Positions 38,852-48,987 of a stretch of DNA of 64,000 nucleotides are shown piece by piece; within the stretch, counting starts at the first letter, position 1; every line of letters begins with the position of its first letter. The notes under the pieces are model-generated. The model worked only from the letters and a program-made list of their open reading frames with translations. It was not told the origin of the DNA and did no database searches. Origin of the DNA: an uncultured virus (IMG/VR IMGVR_UViG_3300006213_002314) (lineage: Duplodnaviria; Heunggongvirae; Uroviricota; Caudoviricetes); IMG/VR virus record IMGVR_UViG_3300006213_002314. One strand, 5' to 3'. The position numbers were made by a program, and so were the translations under genes.

Positions 38852-39877
38852 TTACACAGCATCCTTGAAGAACATTGCCAGATCGTCAGCTGTCTTCTTC
38901 ATATCGGCTGCCATCAGACCTTCGACAAATTCAGAGTGAGTACCCGGTTCACCGAGGTAGTTCAAGATCGGCAGGATATTTCCATTGCCGAGCATATCCC
39001 ATGTGAAGATGTAGCCCGCAGACGGTTCGTCAACAGCCGGTGAATCTGTTGCATAAGCCAGCAGGAATGCGTTCGGATCACCGATATAGGACATCTTCGG
39101 TGCTTCTCCCATAGCCGCTTTGTTCATAATGGACCGCTGTACAGAGATTCTTTCCATCTCAAACAACTGCGCCAGTACATTCGTATTGATGCTGGCCGGG
39201 TTTGCAGTTGTTCCACCGTATTTCACCCTCTCCAGAATTGCCGGATGCTTTTTCAGCGCATTATATACGTTCACGCCAAGAGCCAGTCTGTTCGGTCTGC
39301 GTCCGGTAGATTCCTCCATCTCCGTGCTCTTCTCGTTGATATAAGCAACCGGATCGGAGTTGCCATTGGAAAATTTGATAAACTGTGATTCTCCCGGAGC
39401 TGTGGAATCAACTCCCGTTTCCTCATTGCTCCATACGCCAGCCTTGAAGAAATTTCTCGCAAAGATATTGTCCTGATGGATATTTGCCTTTGCAGAAATC
39501 GCTCTGGTTCTCTGCTGCTTCGGATCACGGGATGCAGGCCCCATTCTTCTGGTAAGGTCCGTCTGCCTGATCTGGTCGATACCCATGATAATCTGATCCA
39601 CCTGGCAAGCGTAGGTATCCGTATGCTCGGAAAGCACTGCCGGATCAACCTTGCCATATGCAGGTTTTCTCTGCCAATCATCACGCAACAGATCTTCCTT
39701 GTCGAAAATGTAGTAATTATCCGAGGACAACGTTACCGGACAAATCGGAAAGATCGTTCTTGCAAAGTAATTTGAGTCGTTCTGGTAGTATGCCAGAGCC
39801 ATGTTAGATAATGCCGTATGCGGCTTGAAATGACCTTTTGCAATATCTACCTGAATACTTGCTGCTGTTCTTTTCAT
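38852..39877 (-). CDS. major capsid protein
   Basis: 341 aa; IFPICPV...TGRRPN.L.LG..V...L..HP pattern of major capsid E-like proteins. Confidence 0.85.
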   Translation of the reverse strand: MKRTAASIQVDIAKGHFKPHTALSNMALAYYQNDSNYFARTIFPICPVTLSSDNYYIFDKEDLLRDDWQRKPAYGKVDPAVLSEHTDTYACQVDQIIMGIDQIRQTDLTRRMGPASRDPKQQRTRAISAKANIHQDNIFARNFFKAGVWSNEETGVDSTAPGESQFIKFSNGNSDPVAYINEKSTEMEESTGRRPNRLALGVNVYNALKKHPAILERVKYGGTTANPASINTNVLAQLFEMERISVQRSIMNKAAMGEAPKMSYIGDPNAFLLAYATDSPAVDEPSAGYIFTWDMLGNGNILPILNYLGEPGTHSEFVEGLMAADMKKTADDLAMFFKDAV

Positions 39878-39894
39878 TCTGTTCTACCTCCTGT

Positions 39895-40320
39895 TTACGC
39901 TTTCTGATATTTTGCGATCTGCACTCTGCAGTAACCGTCTTTAGCTGTCTTGTTCAAGGCAATTCCCAGAACATAATTTCCAGAAGCCGCTGTGACAGCA
40001 AGTCCGTCTGCTCCTGCGGCCACTTCTGCGCCTTTTGCGATTTCTTCTCCGGCAATGACGTATCCGATATCCTTGATCTGGATATCCACATCATCGCCCT
40101 TCACCACTTTTCCGGATTCCGTTCCAGAAATATCGTTGTATCCGGCTTCGATTAGGGCAATACCAACCGGCACTTTGGTAGCGTCTGTCGCCAAAACCAC
40201 ACTCCCTGCATCGTCATAGACCATGATTCTGTTACGGCAGTCGGCAATATCTGTGCCCGCCTGCTCAACGATAGTCACGCTCTGGTTGATCTGTACTCCA
40301 TTGAAATTTCTATTCATCAT
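39895..40320 (-). CDS. capsid decoration/cement protein (DUF2190-like)
   Basis: G..V....G...V.AGE.I..G..V....DG.AV.A....LGIAL. Confidence 0.75.
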   Translation of the reverse strand: MMNRNFNGVQINQSVTIVEQAGTDIADCRNRIMVYDDAGSVVLATDATKVPVGIALIEAGYNDISGTESGKVVKGDDVDIQIKDIGYVIAGEEIAKGAEVAAGADGLAVTAASGNYVLGIALNKTAKDGYCRVQIAKYQKA

Positions 40321-40335
40321 GCTTACCTCCTTTCC

Positions 40336-41586
40336 TTAAAATCCAGCTTCTTCTTCGTATGCGGCCATGAGTTCCGGATTGTCCTCCCATGCTTTAGCAA
40401 CAGCATCCGTATAGCTCATAGTCGGGTCCTTCTCTACATAGCTTTTCGCAATACCACTGATCTTCGCCTCTGCAGAATTTTCGTTCACGACAGGGGTGGC
40501 CGATGGTCTGTAGCCAGACTTCCCGATTTCCGTAAATGCACCAGATTTCTCCACCGCATTCTTGGCACCATCCAGAGCCGCAATCAACTGATCGTAAGCG
40601 TCTCCGCCTACAGCCTTGATGCTTTTCAGAACCGGGTACAGCTCCTCTTCTTTCTTTCCAATGATCTCATAGCTCTTCGCCACCTCACGGAGTTCCTTTT
40701 CCTCCGTATCCTGTCTGAACTTCCGCAGGGATTCAAGCTCTGCTTTCAGCGCAGGGTGGATTCCTTTGTAGATATCCTCGGATTCTTCCGGCTGTGCAGG
40801 TGTTCCCAGGCCAAGAGCCTGCAGCGCCTTTGTAACGGCATCATCCTTTTTCTTCTCCTCTTTTTCAGGCTCCTCGGCAGGTGCGCTCTCTTCCACTTTG
40901 CAGCGTTTCTCAATATCTTCCAGAAATGCTCTCTCCGCATCTGTCAATTTACTCTTGTCGATCTTGCTCATTTCATCTTCTCCTTTCGGGTCTTCCTTGT
41001 TTTCAGGTTCTTCTTTCTTCGGTTCAGCTGTAGCCTTTTCGATTACCTCAGATAACCTGCTCTGAGCAGCTTTCATAATCTCCAGACTATCTGCTGTGAT
41101 TTCTTCGTCGCTCTTTGCAATCCCTGTTGCTTTGCCATTGGCCCACTGGCTTACAGATTCTTTTGCTACTGAGTAAAAATCATCCAGGCTTTCCAGCATG
41201 GATGTTGAAGCACTGGTGCTATCCAGCTCTTCGTCCCACATGATAGAACAGAGCGAAGAATGCAATGCAAAGCAAACGTCCCACATTTCATCAGCGATTT
41301 TCTGATTTTTCCTCTGGGCCATTTTATCTGCAAACGTTTCTGAACCGCTCTTTTCTATCTGCTCTACCGCATTATCTAACTCCTCCGGTTTCATGCCGGC
41401 CATTTTTGCAATAGCTCCGAAAAGGCGTTTCCAGACATTTCCTTTTTCTTCGGGTTCTGGTGAATTAGATTCCGCTCCTGGTACTCCACTTTTATTCTTG
41501 TAAAGCATGATGTGAGCATCCGGATTGGCTCCCTGATCCACAAAATCTACCTTTGTGACTTTAAGGTTTTTCAATTTGGTTGCCAT
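40336..41586 (-). CDS. capsid scaffold-like protein
   Basis: Acidic coiled coil; N-terminal LKVTKVDFVDQGANPDA; ATG start at 41586. Confidence 0.65.
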   Translation of the reverse strand: MATKLKNLKVTKVDFVDQGANPDAHIMLYKNKSGVPGAESNSPEPEEKGNVWKRLFGAIAKMAGMKPEELDNAVEQIEKSGSETFADKMAQRKNQKIADEMWDVCFALHSSLCSIMWDEELDSTSASTSMLESLDDFYSVAKESVSQWANGKATGIAKSDEEITADSLEIMKAAQSRLSEVIEKATAEPKKEEPENKEDPKGEDEMSKIDKSKLTDAERAFLEDIEKRCKVEESAPAEEPEKEEKKKDDAVTKALQALGLGTPAQPEESEDIYKGIHPALKAELESLRKFRQDTEEKELREVAKSYEIIGKKEEELYPVLKSIKAVGGDAYDQLIAALDGAKNAVEKSGAFTEIGKSGYRPSATPVVNENSAEAKISGIAKSYVEKDPTMSYTDAVAKAWEDNPELMAAYEEEAGF

Positions 41587-41598
41587 GCAGCTCCTCCT

Positions 41599-41641
41599 TT
41601 CTTTGATTTTTATAATGCAAAAAGACACCCTTACGGATGTC
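41599..41641 (-). terminator. terminator-like hairpin between protease and scaffold genes
   Basis: AGACATCC-GTAA-GGGTGTCT (41622-41641) followed by TTTG on the minus strand. Confidence 0.5.
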
Positions 41642-41752
41642 TCCCTGATTATCTGGAAAATCCCCTAAAAAGGGGCTACCTATGCCGTTTTGACAGCTTC
41701 GTAGGTATAGTTGGTAGGTTTGACGCTCTGAAAAACTCAATACGCCCCTGTT

Positions 41753-42250
41753 TTATTCGGTGTTTTCGTCTTCTGCTTCTACTCTCTCGGCCTCTCCTTC
41801 GATGGAGAACATTGGGTATGTACCATCTTTGACTTTTTCCCATACATCCGGATCGGTTACATGAAATCCAATCCACCAACCAACAGGAAGTGTTCCCTCC
41901 GGGATTCCCATTGCCTGCAGTTTCTCTTCTGTGAATACTACGCTCTCAATTAGAACCGCTGCACCTCCTCTTTCGTGCATTTCTCCGCCCTCACGATAGA
42001 ACTCCACGAAATTATAAGCAGCCTTTTCCAAATCTTCCGGCTCAACAATGTCTTTCTGCCAGTCCTCAATAACCTCGCCATTGGCCCGGACCGATACATT
42101 GGCCCAACCAAAAGCCAACATTTTTTCATTGTCTGACTTGCTGATTTTAAATCGTCCCTTCACAACTGTTCTGGGTGATTCCCTCGGCTTTATCTGAATT
42201 TTCTCTCCGGATTTCTGTACCATTTCAGAAAACTTTCTCATTTTTCTCAC
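41753..42250 (-). CDS. XkdF-like putative prohead protease
   Basis: D.Q.D.V...LEKAAY.F...GEMH...IES...GWW.G...D..VWEKVK.G...FSIEG. Confidence 0.8.
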   Translation of the reverse strand: MRKMRKFSEMVQKSGEKIQIKPRESPRTVVKGRFKISKSDNEKMLAFGWANVSVRANGEVIEDWQKDIVEPEDLEKAAYNFVEFYREGGEMHERGGAAVLIESVVFTEEKLQAMGIPEGTLPVGWWIGFHVTDPDVWEKVKDGTYPMFSIEGEAERVEAEDENTE

Positions 42251-42256
42251 CTTCTT

Positions 42257-43210
42257 TCATGAAAATACTGGAGGATCAACTTCGATATACTCTACAGCGC
42301 AGGCGCATCTCGGATGTGCTGGAGGCAACATCTTGTGTCCTGCAAACAGCAACCGTCCTTTGAAGTCAAAATTATCATCCATTTCAATCTCAACTCCGTC
42401 CAAGGCTGCGCATGTGGGGCAAACCGCATCATCGCCGGATGTGATCCAGCGCTTCCGTGTGGTTCCTAGCAGGCCAGCTTCCTGTGCTTGTCTTACGCCA
42501 TAATCAGCTCCTCTGTTGTAGGCAAATTCAAGTTCTGTCTGTGCGATTGTGAATGCCCGCTGCCTGTGTTTCTTCTCGGCATATTTTTGCGCAGCGTCCA
42601 GCGCTTTCTTCCTGATGCTCTCAGGCTTCATTCTCGGATGCTCTGTCTTGAGTTTTTCTGCTACGCTGTCATACAATTTCAAGACAGCTTTTGTATCTCC
42701 ATCCGTCAGACCAATGCAAGGACGAATAAAGCGTGCCAGCTCGTCAACCGTGTGCTCTTCGATAATTTTCTTTGCCAGGAGTGATTGAATAGCTTTCTTC
42801 TGTTCTACGCTACACGATGTTACAAACTCTGCACCACGTTCTTTTATCCAGTTTGCAATTCCCGGATTCTGCGTGTTGATGCTAAACGATAGGTTGTCAA
42901 ACAGCGGTTGTCCCGCAGGTCCAGCCGCCATTGCCATTTCCCATATCGGTGTCAGCTTTTCCGCAACCAACACAGAGTAATCTTGCTGCCATTCCTCGAA
43001 CTGCCTCTGGTTGAACTCTCCTGCCTTTACCGCATCCCGCAATTCGTGATAGGTAACGGCATTGCTCTGGTCCTCCCAGAAACTACAAAGAATTTCTACC
43101 GGCTCGTCTGTGTTGTGATCCAGAAAATTCTTTAACCGGTCAAGAATTGTCTGGGCGTTCTTTGTCCGACTCTTTTTTACCCTGTGCGGCGGTCTAATTA
43201 GGAAAGTCAT
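42257..43210 (-). CDS. minor head morphogenesis protein (Mu gpF/SPP1 gp7-like)
   Basis: RA.TIAQTE...W....D..VC..C..LDG...PPAHPRCAC. Confidence 0.85.
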   Translation of the reverse strand: MTFLIRPPHRVKKSRTKNAQTILDRLKNFLDHNTDEPVEILCSFWEDQSNAVTYHELRDAVKAGEFNQRQFEEWQQDYSVLVAEKLTPIWEMAMAAGPAGQPLFDNLSFSINTQNPGIANWIKERGAEFVTSCSVEQKKAIQSLLAKKIIEEHTVDELARFIRPCIGLTDGDTKAVLKLYDSVAEKLKTEHPRMKPESIRKKALDAAQKYAEKKHRQRAFTIAQTELEFAYNRGADYGVRQAQEAGLLGTTRKRWITSGDDAVCPTCAALDGVEIEMDDNFDFKGRLLFAGHKMLPPAHPRCACAVEYIEVDPPVFS

Positions 43211-44613
43211 GTTATCACTCTCCCCAATCGCTTTTTAGCCGCTTTTACCTCGTCTTCCAGGATTTCTTCGTCCCCCTCTTCCGATTCCTTGCCTGCGGCT
43301 GTTTCGGGTTCTGGCGGCTCATTCTGATTCTGCTGTTCGTGCCTCTTATCATCAATATTTCTGGTGTCCTCTGTCCTCTCTGGTAATTTTGCAATCTGAC
43401 GTACATAATCTTCCAAGCCATCATCAGGAACCAGAACACCGATGCCAACCATGTCTTTAATGAATGTAGATACCTTTGCAATGTCTGCATCTTCTATATC
43501 TCCATGTGTCAGCTTCGGATAGTCAGTAACTCCAGCAAAATGATCTCCGTTTATATCAATCAGATTCGGAATGCCCTGGCTATTAAATGTCTCTGCGATA
43601 ATATCCAGATAGGCACCACATGCCATTGCAAACAGCTCTGTCTTGTCTGAGCTTAAAGCCCAGGAACCGTTTTGCTGGTGGCCGAGGAAAATAAAATCTG
43701 CCAGAACGGTCATTGCAATTCTAGTATCATACCTGTCTATAATCGCATTGGTATCAAACTGCCTTGTGCCTCCAGAACTCAAAAGCTCCAGCTTAAAATT
43801 TCCGGGAAGGACTAACCCTTCTTTCTCGTCTCTCCTGATCTGCCGGACCATTTCTTCTAGGCCGGCAAGAATCCTTGCGGTATTCTCGTCTTCTGTATTC
43901 CAAATATCAAGGCCTTCCGGTGCATAGATTACTGGAAGACCTGCTAAATCTCTTTCTATACCGATTCCTTCAATCTCCTGTATTCTGCGCTTGAAATACC
44001 ATGAGCGGTAAGCGTTCCTGAGAATACTCCTGCCCTCCGGGTTATCCTTCCTTGCCTTTGTCCGGAAGAGCATCGCTTTATCCATTGGTATCGTAAGTAG
44101 GCCGAAGTCCGGTGGTGGCATCTGTGTCATTCCCACCAGATTATCTGCATCGTCATACTCCCATTGATACAAAGTCTCCTGTGCTCTGATAGGTATTTTC
44201 GCCCATCCGACCAACCCATCATTGAATTTGCTCCGTGTCCGGGTATCTTTGGTGTTTCCCATGCGCCTCTTGTAGACGATCTCATGAAAGCTCCAACCGT
44301 AGGTGAGGAAGGACAGGATTTCAGATATCGTGTCTACCCATGTATTCTGCATATCATCCATGCAGGAACGCACAAACTCAGCCGCCTCTCTGTCTTTTAC
44401 TGAGCTGCCTCCCGGTTCTACATTCCATTCAGTCTGCCTTACCAGCATCTCAATCGCATAAAGAATAGCTCCAATCACATCGTCATTTTCTGACATTTCC
44501 CGGAATGTTTCTATTCCTCTATGCCCTACCAACTCAGGCAGAAACTCCTCATAAATTACTCCCCCGTACCGTCTTTGTCCGACACGTCCTATTTCTTTTC
44601 TGTTACTCGCCAT
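43207..44613 (-). CDS. portal protein (DUF935/Mu gp29-like)
   Basis: LTYGWSFHEIVY...NPEGRSILR...EGIGIERDLAG.P. Confidence 0.85.
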   Translation of the reverse strand: MASNRKEIGRVGQRRYGGVIYEEFLPELVGHRGIETFREMSENDDVIGAILYAIEMLVRQTEWNVEPGGSSVKDREAAEFVRSCMDDMQNTWVDTISEILSFLTYGWSFHEIVYKRRMGNTKDTRTRSKFNDGLVGWAKIPIRAQETLYQWEYDDADNLVGMTQMPPPDFGLLTIPMDKAMLFRTKARKDNPEGRSILRNAYRSWYFKRRIQEIEGIGIERDLAGLPVIYAPEGLDIWNTEDENTARILAGLEEMVRQIRRDEKEGLVLPGNFKLELLSSGGTRQFDTNAIIDRYDTRIAMTVLADFIFLGHQQNGSWALSSDKTELFAMACGAYLDIIAETFNSQGIPNLIDINGDHFAGVTDYPKLTHGDIEDADIAKVSTFIKDMVGIGVLVPDDGLEDYVRQIAKLPERTEDTRNIDDKRHEQQNQNEPPEPETAAGKESEEGDEEILEDEVKAAKKRLGRVIT

Positions 44614-44624
44614 CTGTTCTCACC

Positions 44625-46031
44625 TCACTTTCTCCAGTAACTGCTCTTGTTCAATGTGTCCTTCGGCGGTGCCGAGTAAGTCGCTCCATTCTCAATCTCG
44701 TTGAATGAAGAACTACTGCCGTCCACCATATCTTTGAATTTTGATTCCGGAAATGACTCCAACTGATTGAAGTACATTTCGTTCCACTCTGCTATAAGCA
44801 CATCTACGTTGCCTGCCTGCCACTGTGCGGCAAAAGGCTCTGCCCTGGATTCCTTGCTTCCAGACTCTCCTATGGTCTTCACCAGAAAGCCGGCCAACAT
44901 CTTTACATACGATTGTGCCTGCTCTTTTCCGGCCTGTCCTGGGTCCTGCGGAAGCCGTTGGATTACTCTTCCGTATTTTGCCCTATCCGCCTGTGCCGTC
45001 ATTTTTATAAGTTTCCGCACATCAGATGCCGCCAATCTCTTATTGATAACATCTGCCACAATGTACCGTCCGTTCTTGCGCTTACCTATCAACACGCCTG
45101 CCGTATATGCTGGATCACCGTCTTCGTCTTCACTGGTAGCGGCAAGGTCCCAACCTCTGCACCAAGAAACAACATCATTCGGCAACTCTTCCAGCATTGC
45201 ACCGACTTGCACTCTACGGAAATACAGACCGGCCGCTGCTTTGATTTTCCAGTTTCCTTTCAGCAATCGCTCTCTTTCAACCGTAGGCAGTGCTTTCAAG
45301 TTTGCCAAATATCCGGGGTCCATCTGCATCAGGATTTTATTGTCCTGCAATGTACTGGCTATAAACGTTACACTTTTTACATCTCTCGGATCATATCCTT
45401 GCTCTGCCAGCTCTGCTTTGGAATCAGCCCATATAATTTCATCGTTTACCCTGATCATATAACGGATAACGCCGCTTCTTTCCGGAATAGGGTATCCTGT
45501 CTCTTGATTGATCCACCACTTAATGAAGTCGGCCACCCAGCTATCAGCATCCGGATTGCAGGTTGCTCTCACATATGGCGCCACTCCGGAATCTGTACGG
45601 TTTCGTGACAGCATATAGAAAAACTGATGCTTCGTGAAGTGCGTCAGCTCGTCAAATCCGATCATGGCAATCTGGGAACCTTGCCAGTTGTGAACATCAG
45701 CATCAGTACCCAAGTGTGCGAAATTGACCGTTGCACCGCTTTTGAAGGTCCAATGTAGTTTTGGTGTCTTTAACGGATAGCAACCATGCACGAGGCTATA
45801 AATCTTTCCTGCACTATCCCATAAACCTCCGGGGGCTGTAACCTGGGTATAACTGCTTCGGAAAATCACAGCATTGTAATTCTTGTTATTCATATGCCGG
45901 ATCGGTTCGAGCAGTAATCCAAAAGTCTTGCCTCCTCCTGCGGCTCCACCGTAAATACAAATGTCAGCAGAAGTGGCAAGGAACTTTTCCTGTGGACCTT
46001 TCTGCGGCCCGATTCTAATTATTCTCCCCAA
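44625..46031 (-). CDS. terminase large subunit
   Basis: YGGAAGGGKT Walker A, IGFDELTHF Walker B, WDLAAT nuclease motif, DMVDG; TTG start at 46031. Confidence 0.93.
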   Translation of the reverse strand: MGRIIRIGPQKGPQEKFLATSADICIYGGAAGGGKTFGLLLEPIRHMNNKNYNAVIFRSSYTQVTAPGGLWDSAGKIYSLVHGCYPLKTPKLHWTFKSGATVNFAHLGTDADVHNWQGSQIAMIGFDELTHFTKHQFFYMLSRNRTDSGVAPYVRATCNPDADSWVADFIKWWINQETGYPIPERSGVIRYMIRVNDEIIWADSKAELAEQGYDPRDVKSVTFIASTLQDNKILMQMDPGYLANLKALPTVERERLLKGNWKIKAAAGLYFRRVQVGAMLEELPNDVVSWCRGWDLAATSEDEDGDPAYTAGVLIGKRKNGRYIVADVINKRLAASDVRKLIKMTAQADRAKYGRVIQRLPQDPGQAGKEQAQSYVKMLAGFLVKTIGESGSKESRAEPFAAQWQAGNVDVLIAEWNEMYFNQLESFPESKFKDMVDGSSSSFNEIENGATYSAPPKDTLNKSSYWRK

Positions 46032-46488
46032 TGTTGTCCCTCCCGTTATCTGGAAGATAGAACTGCACCTGATCCTCGTCACCTGTTGATTCTGGTATGT
46101 ATTCCGGTCTATCCTGCCATCTATCTCTCTGCCTGTTCTTCAACCAGAAGCATTGCGCACCCACATCCGGAGGAACATGTTTTTTTATCTTTTCGATCTT
46201 GACAGGCTTGACGTTCCCATCCTTGTCATATTCGATTATCTTCTTTTCCTCCTCGTACTCATACCCTGTGGCTCTCTGATACAAACTCCTTACTACCTTT
46301 GCATCGGAAACTCCTTTCCCTTGTGCCAGAGCTACACCGAAACTCTCATGGTCCTTACTCCATCGGATGATTGTCCGTTTGGAAACTCCCATTGCCTTTG
46401 CGATTTCCTCATTGGTAGCTCCCATGGCAGCCAAAGACCACGCCCAGTCATCGTGATAATCTGGATTGTATTTGACCTTAGCTGCCAT
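46015..46488 (-). CDS. terminase small subunit (HTH)
   Basis: GATNEEIA..MGVS..TI..W...SLYQRATGY...PPDV.A..FWLKNR. Confidence 0.85.
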   Translation of the reverse strand: MAAKVKYNPDYHDDWAWSLAAMGATNEEIAKAMGVSKRTIIRWSKDHESFGVALAQGKGVSDAKVVRSLYQRATGYEYEEEKKIIEYDKDGNVKPVKIEKIKKHVPPDVGAQCFWLKNRQRDRWQDRPEYIPESTGDEDQVQFYLPDNGRDNIGENN

Positions 46489-46495
46489 CCCTTAT

Positions 46496-47401
46496 CTACT
46501 TTCCACTCAGATAATCAGCGCAAAGGTATTCGATTAACTGCCACTTGTTCTTGCTGGTAACCGTTCCATCTTTCTCAGCTTTCTTGATGGCCTGCTTTAT
46601 TACTTCTGCAGACTCAGCCGGCACAGCACTACTCCCGAATAGCTTCGTAAGGTACGTCCAATCTTCGTCTTCGCTGAAGCCGACAGCATCCATTTTTTCA
46701 TTGACAGCCTCAATCATGGAATGCACTGCAGCGCCTACATTCCGTATGTCCGTGAACTTCTGGTACTTATCCAGCGTCTCTACGAACCGCTTGCATTGCT
46801 CATATGCCGCTACTCCGATAATCTCAGCTCCGGTATTCTGCAGATTCTTCAACAGGACATCCATGTCGCTGATCTGATGCGGCAGAAACGCAAACGTGAT
46901 ATTCTTAAAATCAAAATGAACCGCAGGGGATGCCAGTTTATCGTACTGCTCCAGCGGTTCTTCCATGATGTCCTTCCCGATAAAGCTCTCCAGCATATCG
47001 TCAACATCCGTTATCATTTTCACGATTTCTCTTAGGGTGGAATCATCATCGAATCCAGCAATCGCATTATGGGCCAACTGCTTCGCCGCAATCTGGCTCC
47101 TTGACAGACCACTCACATCCAGAATGACAATGATTTCTTTCAAACCGGCTGCCCTTGCCGACTTGATCCTGTGGTGCCCGGATACGATTTCCAGCTTATC
47201 ATCCACCAATACCAAAAATGGCAGGCTCTCCAACTGCCCTCTCTTCTTGATATTCGCTGTCAACTGGTCCTGCATCTCATTTTTCATAATCCTGGCGTTA
47301 ATATCCTGCTCTTTCATGCTGTCTATCTGGACCTTTGCAATCACAAGACCTGCGCCCATGTCATATATTACTTCATAGCCTTTGCTCTGTTCTCCCGCCA
47401 T
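46496..47401 (-). CDS. ParB/Srx N-terminal domain protein of DNA-modification module
   Basis: NARIM...IVSGHHRIKSA..AG...QLAHNAIAG.DD. Confidence 0.8.
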   Translation of the reverse strand: MAGEQSKGYEVIYDMGAGLVIAKVQIDSMKEQDINARIMKNEMQDQLTANIKKRGQLESLPFLVLVDDKLEIVSGHHRIKSARAAGLKEIIVILDVSGLSRSQIAAKQLAHNAIAGFDDDSTLREIVKMITDVDDMLESFIGKDIMEEPLEQYDKLASPAVHFDFKNITFAFLPHQISDMDVLLKNLQNTGAEIIGVAAYEQCKRFVETLDKYQKFTDIRNVGAAVHSMIEAVNEKMDAVGFSEDEDWTYLTKLFGSSAVPAESAEVIKQAIKKAEKDGTVTSKNKWQLIEYLCADYLSGK

Positions 47402-48768
47402 TGTTTCTCCTTTCTAAGCCACTGGATAAGAGTTTCCTGCTCAGACCGTCCATCTATCAGCGGAGCTTCATAGGTCAGCTTGAAGCCATTCTGTTTGTCC
47501 TGCACTCTCGAATCCAGTTTCATAATTCCTCGTACCTCTTTATTTTCCGGATACTTCGTCAGCATTGCCGTTCTGATCTTCACAACCTTTTCTTTGTCAA
47601 GATCATCCAGAAGTGAATTGGCAAACTCCCGGTTCTGCGCCAGCATGTAGCAAAGCCGCCCGAGCCGGTACTTCTCATGTGGAACCTTCATCACATACCA
47701 GACAAAGAGCGAATCAGCGGCCATCTTCGATATACCGAATACTCCGGCCACATACCCATCAATCAGCAACGCCCGGTTATATGTAGCTGAGGAGCCTACG
47801 AAATTGTGAGTCCACAATACCCGGTAATACTGAGCTTCTGCGCCCTTTATCGGAATAATCTGGACCTTGCTTTCTTCTGTAATTTCATAGTCCCTCGGCA
47901 GCATACTACATTCCAGAGGCTCCAGCTTGCTTTCTGATGGACGCTTGATCTTCTTTCCATTTGCCAGGGCAACTGCCTCTTCTTCCCGGTTCGTAGTGAT
48001 ATAGCTGTTGAGGTCTGCTCTGGTTCCTGATCTGGCAAAGATTGTGTAGCCTACCGCTTCACCTACACGCTTCTCTTGGTAGCAGATAACCAAAGCCTTT
48101 GCATCCATGCACATATCATAAAGTTGCTGGTGTCCGGTTTCCGGATTGAACAGCTGATACTCTGGCTCTTTCCATGTCATTTTCCCCTGGGTATCGTAGA
48201 ACTTTTCATATCCGGAAAAATATGTTGGAGGATTCGCTATAACCAACGCATGAGGATCGTCAAGCACCTCTTTCAGATGGTCCCACATATCCAGAGGGCG
48301 GTAGCTCATTCCATGCAAAAGCTCTCTGGTGCTGTCGATCTGCCTTTGAATATTCGCTATATGTTCTTCTCTGCGATACTTCAAGTCCATCAGCATATTG
48401 TGAAAATATTCATTGCCGGCACTCTTTGAAGTGCGGAGGTACATCTGTGCGTACAAAGCCGTTGCAGGGTCAAGCAGCTCTTCGTCTGAGAAGCCTTGTG
48501 CATGAATTTCCAGAGGCGCTAAAGACTGTCCTGTGATGGCATACCCAAGCACAGAGGTCATCATAGAAACATCGCTTGTTTCTATCTGCTCTGGTTTGAA
48601 GCCACCACGTACCGCCAGGTTTGCCATTGCAAAGGTTCCTGCACACGGCTCAACAAATCTTGTATAGCCCGATTTCGCCGCTGTTTCGATCAGTTTCACC
48701 AGATACTTTTGTTCCACAGTACCAAGGCAACCGAGAAACATCTCTCCTGGGTCCCTAAAAAACGCCAT
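47368..48768 (-). CDS. putative DNA adenine-modification enzyme: N6-MTase-like N-terminus plus Mom/GNAT-like C-terminus
   Basis: FVEPCAGTFA (motif I-like), IANPPTY (motif IV-like); C-terminal VQIIPI...A...WTHNF...LLIDGYVAGVFG...RLGRL; ATG 48768 with AGGAG RBS. Confidence 0.6.
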   Translation of the reverse strand: MAFFRDPGEMFLGCLGTVEQKYLVKLIETAAKSGYTRFVEPCAGTFAMANLAVRGGFKPEQIETSDVSMMTSVLGYAITGQSLAPLEIHAQGFSDEELLDPATALYAQMYLRTSKSAGNEYFHNMLMDLKYRREEHIANIQRQIDSTRELLHGMSYRPLDMWDHLKEVLDDPHALVIANPPTYFSGYEKFYDTQGKMTWKEPEYQLFNPETGHQQLYDMCMDAKALVICYQEKRVGEAVGYTIFARSGTRADLNSYITTNREEEAVALANGKKIKRPSESKLEPLECSMLPRDYEITEESKVQIIPIKGAEAQYYRVLWTHNFVGSSATYNRALLIDGYVAGVFGISKMAADSLFVWYVMKVPHEKYRLGRLCYMLAQNREFANSLLDDLDKEKVVKIRTAMLTKYPENKEVRGIMKLDSRVQDKQNGFKLTYEAPLIDGRSEQETLIQWLRKEKQWRENRAKAMK

Positions 48769-48914
48769 TTCTCTTCCACTCCTTTCTCTCTTTGTTGAAA
48801 ATATACAAAAAGCCAAACAAGTCTCTTGTACTACCCCCGTAATTTCCGAGACTGATTTGGCAGATTGCACAAAATAAAGGCACCGTACTGTTTCAAATAC
48901 GATGCCGTTTCTTT

Positions 48915-48984
48915 TGGACCGGACTCCTGCAATGAACAGGAACTCTCTCCTGGGAGGAAAGCGTGATTCTTTCACCAAGTCCGG
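48915..48984 (-). tRNA. non-canonical tRNA-Gly(CCC)-like element, 70 nt, encoded CCA
   Basis: CCGGACT TG GTGA AAGAA TCAC G CTTTC CTCCCAG GAGAG AGTT CCTG TTCATTG CAGG AGTCCGG T CCA: all four stems pair; U73; short D-loop without GG; 4-bp T-stem. Confidence 0.7.
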
Positions 48985-48987
48985 ATA

